A program made the position numbers and the translations under genes. Below the pieces are notes generated by a model that saw only the letters and a program-made list of their open reading frames with translations, was not told the origin of the DNA and searched no databases. A stretch of DNA of 47,327 bases from a bacterium (GTDB taxonomy: Bacteria > Cyanobacteriota > Vampirovibrionia > Gastranaerophilales > JBAXKC01): NCBI GenBank assembly GCA_037137535.1, contig JBAXKC010000023.1, positions 1 through 47,327 on the forward strand. Direction: 5' to 3'. Below, piece after piece: positions 30,668 to 40,737 of this stretch (positions within the stretch are counted from its first letter, which is position 1; the number at the start of each line of letters is the position of its first letter).

Positions 30668-32353
30668 ATGGAAGAACTTAAGGATTTAATCTCAAGAGAA
30701 CCACAAAATATAGAAGCAAAGATGAAACTTGTGGAGCTTTATATTGATACTCAAGATTATGCAAATGCTTTGACTATGTTAGAAGAAGTTATTTCCATAG
30801 ATCCTAATCAGATTCAGGCAAATTTTATTCTTGCTCAAATTTATGAACATGATGAAATTTATACACAGGCAGTAGAAGCTATGGAAAAAGTCGTTAAGCA
30901 AAATAATGCTGATGAATTAAGACATAAACTCGCTTCATTATATGAACATGTTGATAATTATGCTAAAGCACTTGATATTTATAAAGAATTATTTGAAGCA
31001 GAACCTTCTGATATTCATTTGTGTGAAAGAATTGCTCATGCTCACAGAATTTTAGGAAATGATGATGAAGCGGTTTATTATTACAATAAAATCTTAATTG
31101 TAGAACCTGAAAACATTGTTGCATTATCCGGCTTGCTTGATTTATACGAACATATCAGCAAATTTTATTATCACCTTACTAAAGCTAAAATAAATGAAGT
31201 TGAAGGTCATTTATCTTATGCCGTTTCTGAATATAATAAAGCTGCAAGTGTAGCTGAAGATAATGAAAATAATATTTTTGCAAGAACTGCGGTTGCAGAA
31301 ATCCATATGAAAAAAGAAAATTACAATAAAGCAATTGATGAGTATATTCAGATAATTGAGATTGATGATACTGACTATACTGCTTATAAAGGTCTTGCGG
31401 AAGCGTATCTCAAGCTTGATTATGAAGAAGAAGCAGCAGATGTGCTTAAAAAAGCATTAAGGTTAAATCCTGATGATATTGAAACAATGGAAGAGCTTGT
31501 AGATATTTATCTTGATAATTCAAGATATGATGAAGCTAATGATCTTTTGAACAGGCTGATGGAAGTAGACCCTGAAAATCTTGAATATCAAACAAATTTA
31601 GCCTCTTCTTTTGTGGGTAAAAAAGAACTTGAACAAGCAAAAGCAACTTTAGAAAAAGTTCTTTCTATTGATCCTAAAAATGTTGAAGCTATTAGTGTTT
31701 TAATAAATTATTGCGTTGCAAAAGACGATAAAGAGCATGCAATAAATTATACAAATTTAATTAAAGATATTGTTCCTAAAAGTCCTTTTGGCTATAGAAG
31801 AGCAGCTGAAGTAAATGAAAAATACGGTAATGATTTTGAAGCTCATTACAATTATGGTATTTTCCATGATTTAAAAGGCGAAAAACAGCTGGCTGTTGAT
31901 GAATTAACAATTGCGTTGAATTATAATCCTGAAAATGTTGAAGTAATTCATAAAATTGCTAGAATTTATGAAGAATTGCTTGAGGATTATGTTGCGATTG
32001 AATATTACTTTAAGGCTTATCATGCTGATGTTACAGACTCTTATGCACTTGAGAAAATTGGTGATATTTACTACCGTAAAGAAGATTGGGAAAAGGCTAT
32101 TGAGGCTTTTAACAAATTACTTGAACTTGATAATAGTGAAAAAGAAACCTATTTAAAACTTGCAAATTGCTATGAAAATATTAAAAATATTGATTTGGCT
32201 TTAGAAAACTATAAAACCTTTATGGAAAAAGCTCCTTCTCATAATAAGGCTGATTTTGCAAAAGAAAAAATAACTGCAATTGAATCTAAATTCAGGGCTG
32301 ATGAGGACGAAGGTCTTTTAAATAAAATCTTATCAATTTTTGTAAAAAAATAA
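30668..32353 (+). CDS. Tetratricopeptide repeat protein
   Basis: 561 aa, acidic; many 34-aa TPR units (e.g. AYKGLAEAYLKLDYEEEAADVLKKALRLNPDD). Confidence 0.9.
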   Translation: MEELKDLISREPQNIEAKMKLVELYIDTQDYANALTMLEEVISIDPNQIQANFILAQIYEHDEIYTQAVEAMEKVVKQNNADELRHKLASLYEHVDNYAKALDIYKELFEAEPSDIHLCERIAHAHRILGNDDEAVYYYNKILIVEPENIVALSGLLDLYEHISKFYYHLTKAKINEVEGHLSYAVSEYNKAASVAEDNENNIFARTAVAEIHMKKENYNKAIDEYIQIIEIDDTDYTAYKGLAEAYLKLDYEEEAADVLKKALRLNPDDIETMEELVDIYLDNSRYDEANDLLNRLMEVDPENLEYQTNLASSFVGKKELEQAKATLEKVLSIDPKNVEAISVLINYCVAKDDKEHAINYTNLIKDIVPKSPFGYRRAAEVNEKYGNDFEAHYNYGIFHDLKGEKQLAVDELTIALNYNPENVEVIHKIARIYEELLEDYVAIEYYFKAYHADVTDSYALEKIGDIYYRKEDWEKAIEAFNKLLELDNSEKETYLKLANCYENIKNIDLALENYKTFMEKAPSHNKADFAKEKITAIESKFRADEDEGLLNKILSIFVKK

Positions 32354-32434
32354 AAAATTAGTGGCAATTTTTCTTATGTCTTGTTTTGTATATTATGAGA
32401 TTAAATATCAATTTGAAAGTTTGAGGAGGCATTC

Positions 32435-33022
32435 ATGTTAGGTAATTTAAGCACTATAAATCAGGCGAATATTTCTACTTCATTGAAATCTAATAATAAC
32501 GTGCAAAATAAAGCTGTTGCTTTAAATAATTCTCAAGCATTAAAGTCAGATGCAGTATCTTTTAAAGGTGATAAAGAACAAGAAAAGACAAAATATGAAA
32601 ACCCTGTAAATAGAAAATGGGAAATGGGACTTGCTGCATACGGAGCTATTGCTCTTAGTGTTGTATTAGGTGCAGGTGCTGCATTTGTTACGCATAAAGG
32701 TCTAGGTCTTCCAGTTTTTGCCGATAAAGTAAAAAATAAGGGGCTATGGACTGCCGTTGCAGGTGTTGCTACAACCGTTGTAACAGGTTTATTATCAATT
32801 CCAGGAGCTATGTACAACGCAAATGTAACAGGTTTTGTAAAGCAAAAAGAAATGGATGTTTTCTCAAGAGACAGATCATTCCAGACTAATGTTATGGAAA
32901 AACTTGATAAACAGGTAAAAGATCCTGAAGCAGATTTAGATAAGTCACTAACTTCTTATATGAAGCTTCAAATGGGTAAAAATGGCAGCTCTCAGACACT
33001 TGGACTGATGAATGTAAATTAG
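32435..33022 (+). CDS. Hypothetical protein with two hydrophobic helices and an Asn/Ser-rich N-terminus (paralog of the next gene)
   Basis: GAGGAGG RBS; ...DAVSFKG; YENPVNR; two Gly/Ala-rich hydrophobic segments. Confidence 0.8.
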   Translation: MLGNLSTINQANISTSLKSNNNVQNKAVALNNSQALKSDAVSFKGDKEQEKTKYENPVNRKWEMGLAAYGAIALSVVLGAGAAFVTHKGLGLPVFADKVKNKGLWTAVAGVATTVVTGLLSIPGAMYNANVTGFVKQKEMDVFSRDRSFQTNVMEKLDKQVKDPEADLDKSLTSYMKLQMGKNGSSQTLGLMNVN

Positions 33023-33051
33023 TTTCCCGACTTATTTAATAGGGGCTTAAA

Positions 33052-33675
33052 ATGTCGTTTTCCGTAAATTCATATAATAATAGCTTTGCTATGCCTTTAA
33101 AAAAGAATGTAACAGCAGCTAATTCTGTTCATAAAGTATGTAAGACTGCTTTTAAGGCCAATGACAAATCTATTGATACAGCAGAATATGAAAACCCGAT
33201 AAACAAAGTCGGAGAATACGCTCTTGCGCTTTCTAAAAGCTTCTATTTGGCTTTGGGTACCAGTGCAAGGTTTTGTTTTGAAATATTTGGTCGTAGTCCT
33301 TCCAGACATTTCTCTTCATCCGGTGATGATGATGACGCAGGCAGTCAATTGGCTTTGATGTTGACAGTAGGTATGGTTGTTACTGCAGTTACTTTTGCTT
33401 TAGTTTTGCCAAAAGCTCTTTATCAGGCTAACATAGACTTTTTTACCAAGAAAAAAGATATGGACGTTTATTCAAGAGATAATTCGTTCAGAAAAAATGT
33501 TTATGAAAACTTTGATGAGAGATCGAAAAAGGCTAGTCCTGAAGAAATTAAAAAATTATCGGAACAGTCATTAAAACTTAAAATGGCTAATAATAAATTA
33601 CCTGCATTTTTACAAAACACTAAGAATTTCGCAGTAAGGTCATTTCTTAAAGGTTTTTACATGATGAAGGATTAA
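33052..33675 (+). CDS. Hypothetical protein, paralog of 32435..33022
   Basis: YENPINK and ALYQANIDFFTKKKDMDVYSRDNSF align with AMYNANVTGFVKQKEMDVFSRDRSF. Confidence 0.8.
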   Translation: MSFSVNSYNNSFAMPLKKNVTAANSVHKVCKTAFKANDKSIDTAEYENPINKVGEYALALSKSFYLALGTSARFCFEIFGRSPSRHFSSSGDDDDAGSQLALMLTVGMVVTAVTFALVLPKALYQANIDFFTKKKDMDVYSRDNSFRKNVYENFDERSKKASPEEIKKLSEQSLKLKMANNKLPAFLQNTKNFAVRSFLKGFYMMKD

Positions 33676-33693
33676 TTTCATTAATTTTTTATT

Positions 33694-33731
33694 CAAAAAA
33701 AATGAGAGATCTAAATCTCTCATTTTTTTTG
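33694..33731. terminator. Bidirectional intrinsic terminator
   Basis: CAAAAAAAATGAGAGAT-CTAA-ATCTCTCATTTTTTTTG, 17-bp perfect stem between convergent genes. Confidence 0.88.
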
Positions 33732-33752
33732 TTGTTTATATAAGCTAATTGA

Positions 33753-34214
33753 CTAAGCAATAACTTCAGAAGCTATAATAACTACTGGAAGTTGAGCTTC
33801 AACTTTTGATGTAAGTTTAATAAGCATTGTGTATTCGCCAACGTGGTTGATTGGGTTGTTTAAAGAAATGTTTCTTCTATCAACTTCGATTGAAGTGATT
33901 TCTTTAATTTCGTCAGCTAATCTTCTTGTTGTTATAGCACCAAAAAGTTTTCCGTTTTCGCCTGCTTTTGTAGCGATTGTAAGAACTTCAAGAGATTTAA
34001 TTTTTTCAGCTGTTTCCATAGCTTCCTGATGAAGTTTTTCAGCTTTAGCTTTAATTCTAGCAAGGTTTTTGTCTCTATTTTGCAAAGAACCTTCGGTAGC
34101 AATTTCTGCAAGACTTGAAGGTAAAAGGAAGTTTCTAGCATAACCGTCTTTTACTTCAACTATATCGCCTGTTTCGCCAAGAGATTGAACATCTTTTTTT
34201 AAGATAACTTTCAT
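33753..34214 (-). CDS. rplI: 50S ribosomal protein L9
   Basis: MKVILKKDVQSLGETGDIVEVKDGYARNFLLP; GKLFGAIT. Confidence 0.97.
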   Translation of the reverse strand: MKVILKKDVQSLGETGDIVEVKDGYARNFLLPSSLAEIATEGSLQNRDKNLARIKAKAEKLHQEAMETAEKIKSLEVLTIATKAGENGKLFGAITTRRLADEIKEITSIEVDRRNISLNNPINHVGEYTMLIKLTSKVEAQLPVVIIASEVIA

Positions 34215-34235
34215 TGAGTGATTTCCTCCTTAACT

Positions 34236-34718
34236 TTACTGTTTTCTATATCTAAACATACTTATTATTTTATTGAACTGTGTTCCAAATCCAAGTTTAG
34301 TATAAAAATCTTTATTAGAACAGTCCGTATACAATGTTACTAAAGGTATACCATAAGCATCGAGTTTAGTCAGCATGCAATTAATAATTCTTGACCCTAC
34401 ACCAAGACGTTGGTATTCGGGATGAACTGCTAAGTCCCATACTGTTGCGGTAAATATACCGTCACCCGTAGCTCTTGCTATTCCGACTAAAGAATCTTTA
34501 TCCCAAGCTGTAACAACAAGGATACTTTTTTCTAATGACTTTTTTATATCATCAAAATGCCTAGTTTTCCACCCCACAGATTGAAAAATTTTTTGAACAT
34601 TCTCTGGCGAAATATTTTTATCTAACTTTAATATAGGTGTAAATTGCTTTCCAGGCTTTGAATGGTAAGTAAAGTTATTTCCACACGAATTAATGATGGT
34701 CTTGAATGTTTTAAACAT
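34236..34718 (-). CDS. GNAT family N-acetyltransferase (Ycf52-like)
   Basis: LVGIARATGDGIFTATVWDLAVHPEYQRLGVGS; FYTKLGF. Confidence 0.88.
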   Translation of the reverse strand: MFKTFKTIINSCGNNFTYHSKPGKQFTPILKLDKNISPENVQKIFQSVGWKTRHFDDIKKSLEKSILVVTAWDKDSLVGIARATGDGIFTATVWDLAVHPEYQRLGVGSRIINCMLTKLDAYGIPLVTLYTDCSNKDFYTKLGFGTQFNKIISMFRYRKQ

Positions 34719-34765
34719 TAACAGCCATCTCCCATATTTATTTAACTTTTTAAGCTTGTAAAAAG

Positions 34766-36136
34766 TTAAATATTTTTACTAAACAACATTACACATTCTA
34801 TATGGTGCGTATGGCAGAACATATCGACCGGTTGTATAAATTCAGGAGTATAATTCATTTCAGCTAGTATAGCAGTGTCTCTCGCAAGCGTTGACGGGTT
34901 GCAGCTAACATATATTATGTATTTATCCGCAATATTTGCAGTTGCTTCTAATGCTTCTTGAGAACAGCCTTTTCTTGGAGGGTCTAAAATAACTACATCA
35001 TAACTGATATTTTTACTTACAAAATCTTGTAAAATAACGTCAGCATCGCCTTCGATGTATTCTATTTTATCCTCAGCTTTGTTAAGTTTTATATTTTCAT
35101 TTGCATCAACGGAAGAGTGTGAACTGTATTCTATTGCAGTAATTTGTTTAGCGTAGTCTTTTAACCATATTGAAAAACTTCCTACTCCTGCGTAAACATC
35201 AAGGATTGTAGGGTTTTCTGTTTTAGTTTTGACCATTTCTTCAACAACATTAAATAATTTAACACCTGCTGAAGGATTTACTTGAAAGAAACTTCCTGCT
35301 GAAATTTTAAATTTTCTTCCTTCAAGTTCTTCAATTAAATGATCTTTGCCTGTTACTAGTTCAAAATTGTTGGTCAAAATAAGATTTGAATGTGTAGTAT
35401 TAAAATTGATTAAAGTTCCTTCTATTGACGGGAATTTCTCGGCAAGTTCATAACAAAGGTCTTCAACGCATTTTAACGATTTATTTGTATTTATGACAAC
35501 TGTGAGTATGATTTTATCGTTTGAATAACCATATCTAAAAACAAAATGTCTTAAAATACCTTTTTTAGTTCTTTCATCGTATGCAGTAATGCCAAGTTCC
35601 TGACTTCTGCTTCTCATAAATTCAGTTATTTCGTCAATAATAGTCGGCTGAATAGGACAATACTTTATGTTAATAAGTTCATGGCTGTTTTGTCTGTAAT
35701 AACCAGCTAAAATTCTTTTTGAATTGACAGTTTGTTGAACAGGATATTGAACTTTGCATCTGTAATTATAAATATTCTCTGACGGAAGAACGTCATGAAT
35801 TGGAATGTTAATTTTTGCAAACTTTCTGAAACAATCATCAACAATAATTTTTTTATATTTAAGTTGTTCCTTATATTCTACGTGATGCCACTGACATCCG
35901 CCACAAGCTTTATATATTCTGCATTTTGGCTCGATGCGGTGCTCTGATGGCTCTATTACTTCTAAAACTTGACCTTTTCCATAATTTTTATTGGCTACAT
36001 TTAATTTTATTTTTACTGTGTCACCAATGGCACAATTCTCTATAAATACGGGATAGCCGTCAATACGACCTATTCCTTCGCCGCCTGTTGCAACGTTGTC
36101 AATCTTTAATTCTAAAATATCGCCTTTTTTATTCAT
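34766..36136 (-). CDS. rlmD: 23S rRNA m5U1939 methyltransferase
   Basis: TRAM N-terminus, CRIYKACGGCQW Fe-S motif, SFFQVN, LDPPRKG, YVSCNPSTLARD, DMFCHTHHIE. Confidence 0.93.
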   Translation of the reverse strand: MNKKGDILELKIDNVATGGEGIGRIDGYPVFIENCAIGDTVKIKLNVANKNYGKGQVLEVIEPSEHRIEPKCRIYKACGGCQWHHVEYKEQLKYKKIIVDDCFRKFAKINIPIHDVLPSENIYNYRCKVQYPVQQTVNSKRILAGYYRQNSHELINIKYCPIQPTIIDEITEFMRSRSQELGITAYDERTKKGILRHFVFRYGYSNDKIILTVVINTNKSLKCVEDLCYELAEKFPSIEGTLINFNTTHSNLILTNNFELVTGKDHLIEELEGRKFKISAGSFFQVNPSAGVKLFNVVEEMVKTKTENPTILDVYAGVGSFSIWLKDYAKQITAIEYSSHSSVDANENIKLNKAEDKIEYIEGDADVILQDFVSKNISYDVVILDPPRKGCSQEALEATANIADKYIIYVSCNPSTLARDTAILAEMNYTPEFIQPVDMFCHTHHIECVMLFSKNI

Positions 36137-36358
36137 AATTATTTTTTCTTTTTTATTAAATTTGTAACAAATTGGATATAGCCTATTTATACTAGCATTA
36201 AAACATTTTGTTGTGTTTTTATTATTATATATAAAGAAGTAAATTAATGAAAAATTTCTTTATTGTAAATTTTTATTAATAAACACCCCAATCCCATGTC
36301 AATTTTAGTGTTTTAGGTGTTTTATCATGACAGATAGTTATATATTTTGGAGGTCCGT

Positions 36359-37180
36359 ATGGTCAGCATAAATAACAATGTGGGGATGATTCCTTTATCA
36401 GCTGCCAAAAATTGCCAGCCTTTAGCTGAACGCAATAATAAAATAGCCTTTGCAGGCGTGAAACATGATGATGTTGAAATTAGTGATGAAGGTAAGGCCG
36501 AAATTAAAGAAAAATATGACAAAGCAAAACAAGGCTCTGAATACATAAAAAATATGCATGAGTCTTTAGATAAAAATAATAAATTAAGCAAATCACTTAA
36601 ACCTTTATTGAATATTGCTGGTGCTGCAATGATGGGAACTCTGGTATTTAGCGTTGCAAAAGCTATTTATCACAAAACTGTTATTGAACCTAAAAGAGAG
36701 CAACTTATTCAATTTGGAACTGGTGTTGTTGAAGGATTGGTTTCTGCTGCTAAAGACTTAAAAGCTAATCTTAAGTCTAAATTCGGTGATGATACACATA
36801 TTGGTAAAGTCGTAAACTTCTGTTATGACAAAGCTAAAGAAGTTAAAGCTGTTTTTGCTAAAAATGGTGAAAATATAAGAATTAATGAAAAATTAGTTGA
36901 TAAAATAAAAGATCACTCTACAACTACTGCTGTTACAGCAGAACTTAAAAAAAGTTTAAAAGAAGAAGCTGCTGGTGAAATTAAAACGGCTATAAAAGAC
37001 GTATCTTCCTCTCATTTAGCTGCTGAAGGTGTAGTTAAACCTGCTGTTAATGTAGCAGGCACAGCTGCTGCAACTGCTGCAGGTACGTATGCCGCTTTTG
37101 AATCAGCAGACGGAGATCCTGGCAATACAATGGAAAAAGTTGATGCTATGGTAGAAAAAGTTGGCGTAAAGGTAAAATAG
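36359..37180 (+). CDS. Hypothetical protein with an Asn-rich N-terminus and hydrophobic helices
   Basis: ATG at 36359 follows GGAGG (36349-36353); KIAFAG and DDVEIS near the N-terminus; Ala-rich hydrophobic segments. Confidence 0.75.
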   Translation: MVSINNNVGMIPLSAAKNCQPLAERNNKIAFAGVKHDDVEISDEGKAEIKEKYDKAKQGSEYIKNMHESLDKNNKLSKSLKPLLNIAGAAMMGTLVFSVAKAIYHKTVIEPKREQLIQFGTGVVEGLVSAAKDLKANLKSKFGDDTHIGKVVNFCYDKAKEVKAVFAKNGENIRINEKLVDKIKDHSTTTAVTAELKKSLKEEAAGEIKTAIKDVSSSHLAAEGVVKPAVNVAGTAAATAAGTYAAFESADGDPGNTMEKVDAMVEKVGVKVK

Positions 37181-37196
37181 GGCTGGAGAAATAAAA

Positions 37197-37634
37197 ATGA
37201 TTAATAGTGTAAATCCTAGCTCACATAAAATTGCATTTGGTAATAACCCTCTTAACAATGTAAACTTCCAAGATGGTAAAACGACTAAAGAAGAAGTTGC
37301 ATTGGAAACAGGAGCTGCTGTTCTCGGTACTGCCGGTACTGCTAAAGCAATTGATAGTTTTACTAAGGCAGGTGCTACTGAGATAGGCGAAAAAGCAGCA
37401 GAATTTGCGGCTAGCAATGGCGGCAAAGAAATTATCGAAGCTACAGGTGAGAAAATAATTTCTTCTACAAAGAACTTAGGTGAAAAAGCAGGAGAAGCTT
37501 TTACGAAACATTCAAAAAATATAGCAGAAGCTGCAACTAAGTTCACTGGCAGTGTTTTAAACTTTGCTAAAGGCTCTCTATTTGTTATAAGAGATGCAGG
37601 TGAGATTTTAGTTAAATACGGTAAATTCTTATAG
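37197..37634 (+). CDS. Hypothetical Ala/Gly-rich protein
   Basis: GGAG RBS; MINSVNPSSHKIAFGN; repeated GEKA/GEKI units. Confidence 0.7.
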   Translation: MINSVNPSSHKIAFGNNPLNNVNFQDGKTTKEEVALETGAAVLGTAGTAKAIDSFTKAGATEIGEKAAEFAASNGGKEIIEATGEKIISSTKNLGEKAGEAFTKHSKNIAEAATKFTGSVLNFAKGSLFVIRDAGEILVKYGKFL

Positions 37635-37652
37635 AAATATATAAACTATATT

Positions 37653-37685
37653 AAAAAACCTTCGATCATTGATCGAAGGTTTTTT
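37653..37685. terminator. Bidirectional intrinsic terminator
   Basis: AAAAAACCTTCGATC-ATT-GATCGAAGGTTTTTT between convergent genes. Confidence 0.88.
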
Positions 37686-37708
37686 GTTTTGATTACTGGC
37701 TATAATTG

Positions 37709-39367
37709 TTAAATAGTAAATAAAGAATACAATCTTTCTTCAACTTCTTCGCCGTCAATCTCATCAGTAATTTTATTGATATCAATAGCCATTTGATAGG
37801 CTTCAGCAGCTTTAGTCTTGTCTTTTAGAATTTGATATGTTCTACCCTGATTATAATAAGCCAGTGCATAATTTGGATTGATTTTTAAGGCTTTATTGAA
37901 ATTATCAAGTGCTATATCAAGATCTCCCGTTCCGTCTAAATAAACAACTCCCAGATTGTTATAAGCAACTTCATAGTTTTTATTTAAGTCAACGGCTTTT
38001 TGATAAGCAATAATTGATTCTTCGGCAAAGTCTTGTTCCCATAATGCCAGACCTAATCTTGCATATATTGTTGAGGCTGACGGCTCTAGTTTTACGGCTT
38101 CGCAATAACATTCTATAGCGTTTGTATAGTCGTCTTTTGACTGATAGGCTTCACCTAATGACACATAAGCATCAACATTCAACGGATCAAGGATAATAGC
38201 TGTCTGATAAGCTAAAATAGCCGCTTCTACGTTATTTTTAATCTGTAAATAAATAGCTCCTAATGCTTGAGATACTATTGAAGTCCAGTCTTTATCCTGA
38301 CTTAGTTTTATAGCTTTTTGATATTCCTGAATTGCTCCATCATAATCTTCCAGTTGTACAAGTACATATGCAAGGCTATTATGATAATATGCATTTGAAC
38401 TTTCCAGCTCACAAGCTTTTTTAAAGGAATTTAACGCACTAAAATTATCTTCAAGCTTAATATATAAATGACCTAACTCATAATAGATTTTTGCATTTGT
38501 CGGTTCAAGTTGAGCTAGTTTATTGTAACATTCTCTAATTTCATTAACATTGTTCTGATAATACATTTCAAGAACGCCTGTTAATTTTGTCCATAAAATA
38601 GGATTTTGTGGTGAGTTTTCAATAGCACTTTGATAATATTTAACGGCATTATATGGATTTCCGCTCTGTAATGAGAGTTCGGCTATTTCTGAATAGAATA
38701 AATCACTTTTTCCTGTTTTTTCAGCAGCTGTTTCATATAATTTTACTGCCGCATCATAATTTTTAAAGTTTTTTAAGATTTTTCCGCATGTTTTAAAAGT
38801 TAAGAATCTAAAGTCTTCTAAAAAAGATTTGCTTAATAAGCTCATTGAATATGAATCAACAAAAGTAAGTAAGGAGCCTGAAAGAAAGTAGTAAAGTCCT
38901 TTAAATAGTTGCTTGAAATTATTTCCATATGGATTAACATTTTGAATTAAGGTTAATCCCAAAGCTATTCTTGGTTTTGATGAAAATAATCCGCTCATTT
39001 TAATTGCAGATAAAAATTCTTTTTCTGCCTCATCATTTCTTCCTGCTGTTTTAAGAAAATATCCTAAATATAATCTTGCAATTGATGAATTAGGGTCAAG
39101 GCTGATGGATTTTTGGCATTGCATAAGAGCTGAATTAATGTCAATTCTGCCTTTTTCCCATAATAGACTTGCAAGTCTGTAATATGCTTCTGAAATTGAT
39201 GGATCAATACTTATAGCCTTAACATAATAATCAACGGCTTTTTCAAGATCTTTTTCAGATGAACGTATTAAATAATTTTCATAAGACTGCTTTGCCAATC
39301 GCAAAACGTCCGTTACGTCATTACTAACGCAAAAGCTCGGTGTGTCAGTCAACCTTCCCTTAATCAT
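37709..39367 (-). CDS. Tetratricopeptide repeat protein
   Basis: 552 aa; multiple TPRs (AYNNLGVVY, AYYNQGRTY, YHNSLAYVL). Confidence 0.9.
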   Translation of the reverse strand: MIKGRLTDTPSFCVSNDVTDVLRLAKQSYENYLIRSSEKDLEKAVDYYVKAISIDPSISEAYYRLASLLWEKGRIDINSALMQCQKSISLDPNSSIARLYLGYFLKTAGRNDEAEKEFLSAIKMSGLFSSKPRIALGLTLIQNVNPYGNNFKQLFKGLYYFLSGSLLTFVDSYSMSLLSKSFLEDFRFLTFKTCGKILKNFKNYDAAVKLYETAAEKTGKSDLFYSEIAELSLQSGNPYNAVKYYQSAIENSPQNPILWTKLTGVLEMYYQNNVNEIRECYNKLAQLEPTNAKIYYELGHLYIKLEDNFSALNSFKKACELESSNAYYHNSLAYVLVQLEDYDGAIQEYQKAIKLSQDKDWTSIVSQALGAIYLQIKNNVEAAILAYQTAIILDPLNVDAYVSLGEAYQSKDDYTNAIECYCEAVKLEPSASTIYARLGLALWEQDFAEESIIAYQKAVDLNKNYEVAYNNLGVVYLDGTGDLDIALDNFNKALKINPNYALAYYNQGRTYQILKDKTKAAEAYQMAIDINKITDEIDGEEVEERLYSLFTI

Positions 39368-39418
39368 AAAATTGGAAATCCTTCTTTATAAACCTATAAA
39401 AAACTTTATATAAGTTAA

Positions 39419-39445
39419 TAATCGGAATCTCAAATCAAAACTTTA
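39419..39445 (-). promoter_or_regulatory. Sigma-28 (FliA)-type promoter for the TPR gene
   Basis: Minus strand TAAAGTTT-N11-TCCGATTA versus consensus TAAAGTTT-N11-GCCGATAA; ~50 nt upstream of the ATG at 39367. Confidence 0.72.
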
Positions 39446-39481
39446 GCTACTTTTTCAAACAATCATCAATTTGGTGTAAAT

Positions 39482-40639
39482 TTATAATATTTTTTTAATA
39501 ATTTCTTGAGTTTTAATTCTAGCTTCTTTATCAATAGCTATAATTTCTTCAATAGTAAGGCTTTGAGCTGATACATGAAGCTCTAAGGAAATATCTACAA
39601 CTTTTGCAATGTCTGTAAGTTTTATTGTACCTTTTAAATACTCATAAACAGCTTCTTCATTAACGGCATTAAGAACAGTAGTATATGTTCCACCAAGTCG
39701 CCCCGCTTCAAAAGCAAGTTTTAAACATGGGAATTTATTATAATCTGGTTTGAAAAATTCTAGTTTTGCAGCTTCAAATAAATTAAAACTACGTGTTTTA
39801 ATGCCGTTAATTCGTTCAGGGTGGCTTATCGCATATTGAATAGGAATGTGCATACTTGGCCATCCGAGTTGAGCGATTAAACTGCCGTCTTTGTATTCTA
39901 CCGCACTATGAATAATACTTTGTGGGTGAATTACTACATCAATATCATCATAATCAACATTGAACATGTGATGAGCTTCAATTACCTCAAGGCCTTTATT
40001 CATCAACGTTGCAGAATCTACGGTTATTTTACTGCCCATATTCCACTTAGGATGTGCGAGAGTGTCCTCTATTGTTACGTTTTGCATTTCTTCTCTTGTT
40101 TTATCCCTGAAAGGACCACCTGACGCTGTTAATACAAGTCGTTGGACTGCATTTTTAAAGTCGGAGCAAAGGCATTGATGAATTGCAGAATGTTCGCTAT
40201 CAACAGGCAAAAGTTTTGATTTGCTCTTAGATAATGCTTCCATAACAATACTACCAGCTGCAACTAAGGTTTCTTTATTAGCTAAAGCAACGTCAATATT
40301 GTTTTTTATCGCTGAAAGGGTCGGGAATAAGCCGTTAATACCTGTAACAGCTATTAATACAGTATTATTTTCTGTATCTGATGCTATTTCATTAAGTCCA
40401 TCATCGCCATAATTGAATTTTACGCTTGAAAATTCAGTTTTAAGTTCGTTAAGAAATTTTTCTTCTTTTATAGATACTTTTTGAGGTTTATATTTTCTGA
40501 TTTGTTCTTTTAATAATTCAACATTATTTCCGCCGGCCAGAGCATATATTTCAAACTTATCCTGAAGCTGGTCAATAACCTCAAGAGCTTGAGTACCTAT
40601 TGAACCTGTTGAGCCTAAAATAGAAATTTTTCGTTTCAT
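39482..40639 (-). CDS. dxr: 1-deoxy-D-xylulose-5-phosphate reductoisomerase
   Basis: ILGSTGSIGTQ, LANKETLV, PVDSEHSAI, TASGGPFR, HPKWNMGSKITVDSATLMNKGLE. Confidence 0.98.
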   Translation of the reverse strand: MKRKISILGSTGSIGTQALEVIDQLQDKFEIYALAGGNNVELLKEQIRKYKPQKVSIKEEKFLNELKTEFSSVKFNYGDDGLNEIASDTENNTVLIAVTGINGLFPTLSAIKNNIDVALANKETLVAAGSIVMEALSKSKSKLLPVDSEHSAIHQCLCSDFKNAVQRLVLTASGGPFRDKTREEMQNVTIEDTLAHPKWNMGSKITVDSATLMNKGLEVIEAHHMFNVDYDDIDVVIHPQSIIHSAVEYKDGSLIAQLGWPSMHIPIQYAISHPERINGIKTRSFNLFEAAKLEFFKPDYNKFPCLKLAFEAGRLGGTYTTVLNAVNEEAVYEYLKGTIKLTDIAKVVDISLELHVSAQSLTIEEIIAIDKEARIKTQEIIKKIL

Positions 40640-40737
40640 AAAACTAAATAATTCCGCTTAAATTTTAATTATCTTTTACAATATATTTATCACATCAGAG
40701 TTCTAATTAATAGAGTAAATTACAAAGGTTTAATTAA

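Noticed and set aside
29913-34214. Short L25 and rplI separated from rpsF/rpsR as anomalies
   Set aside because: Single-domain L25 and stand-alone rplI are ordinary in several lineages, including cyanobacteria.
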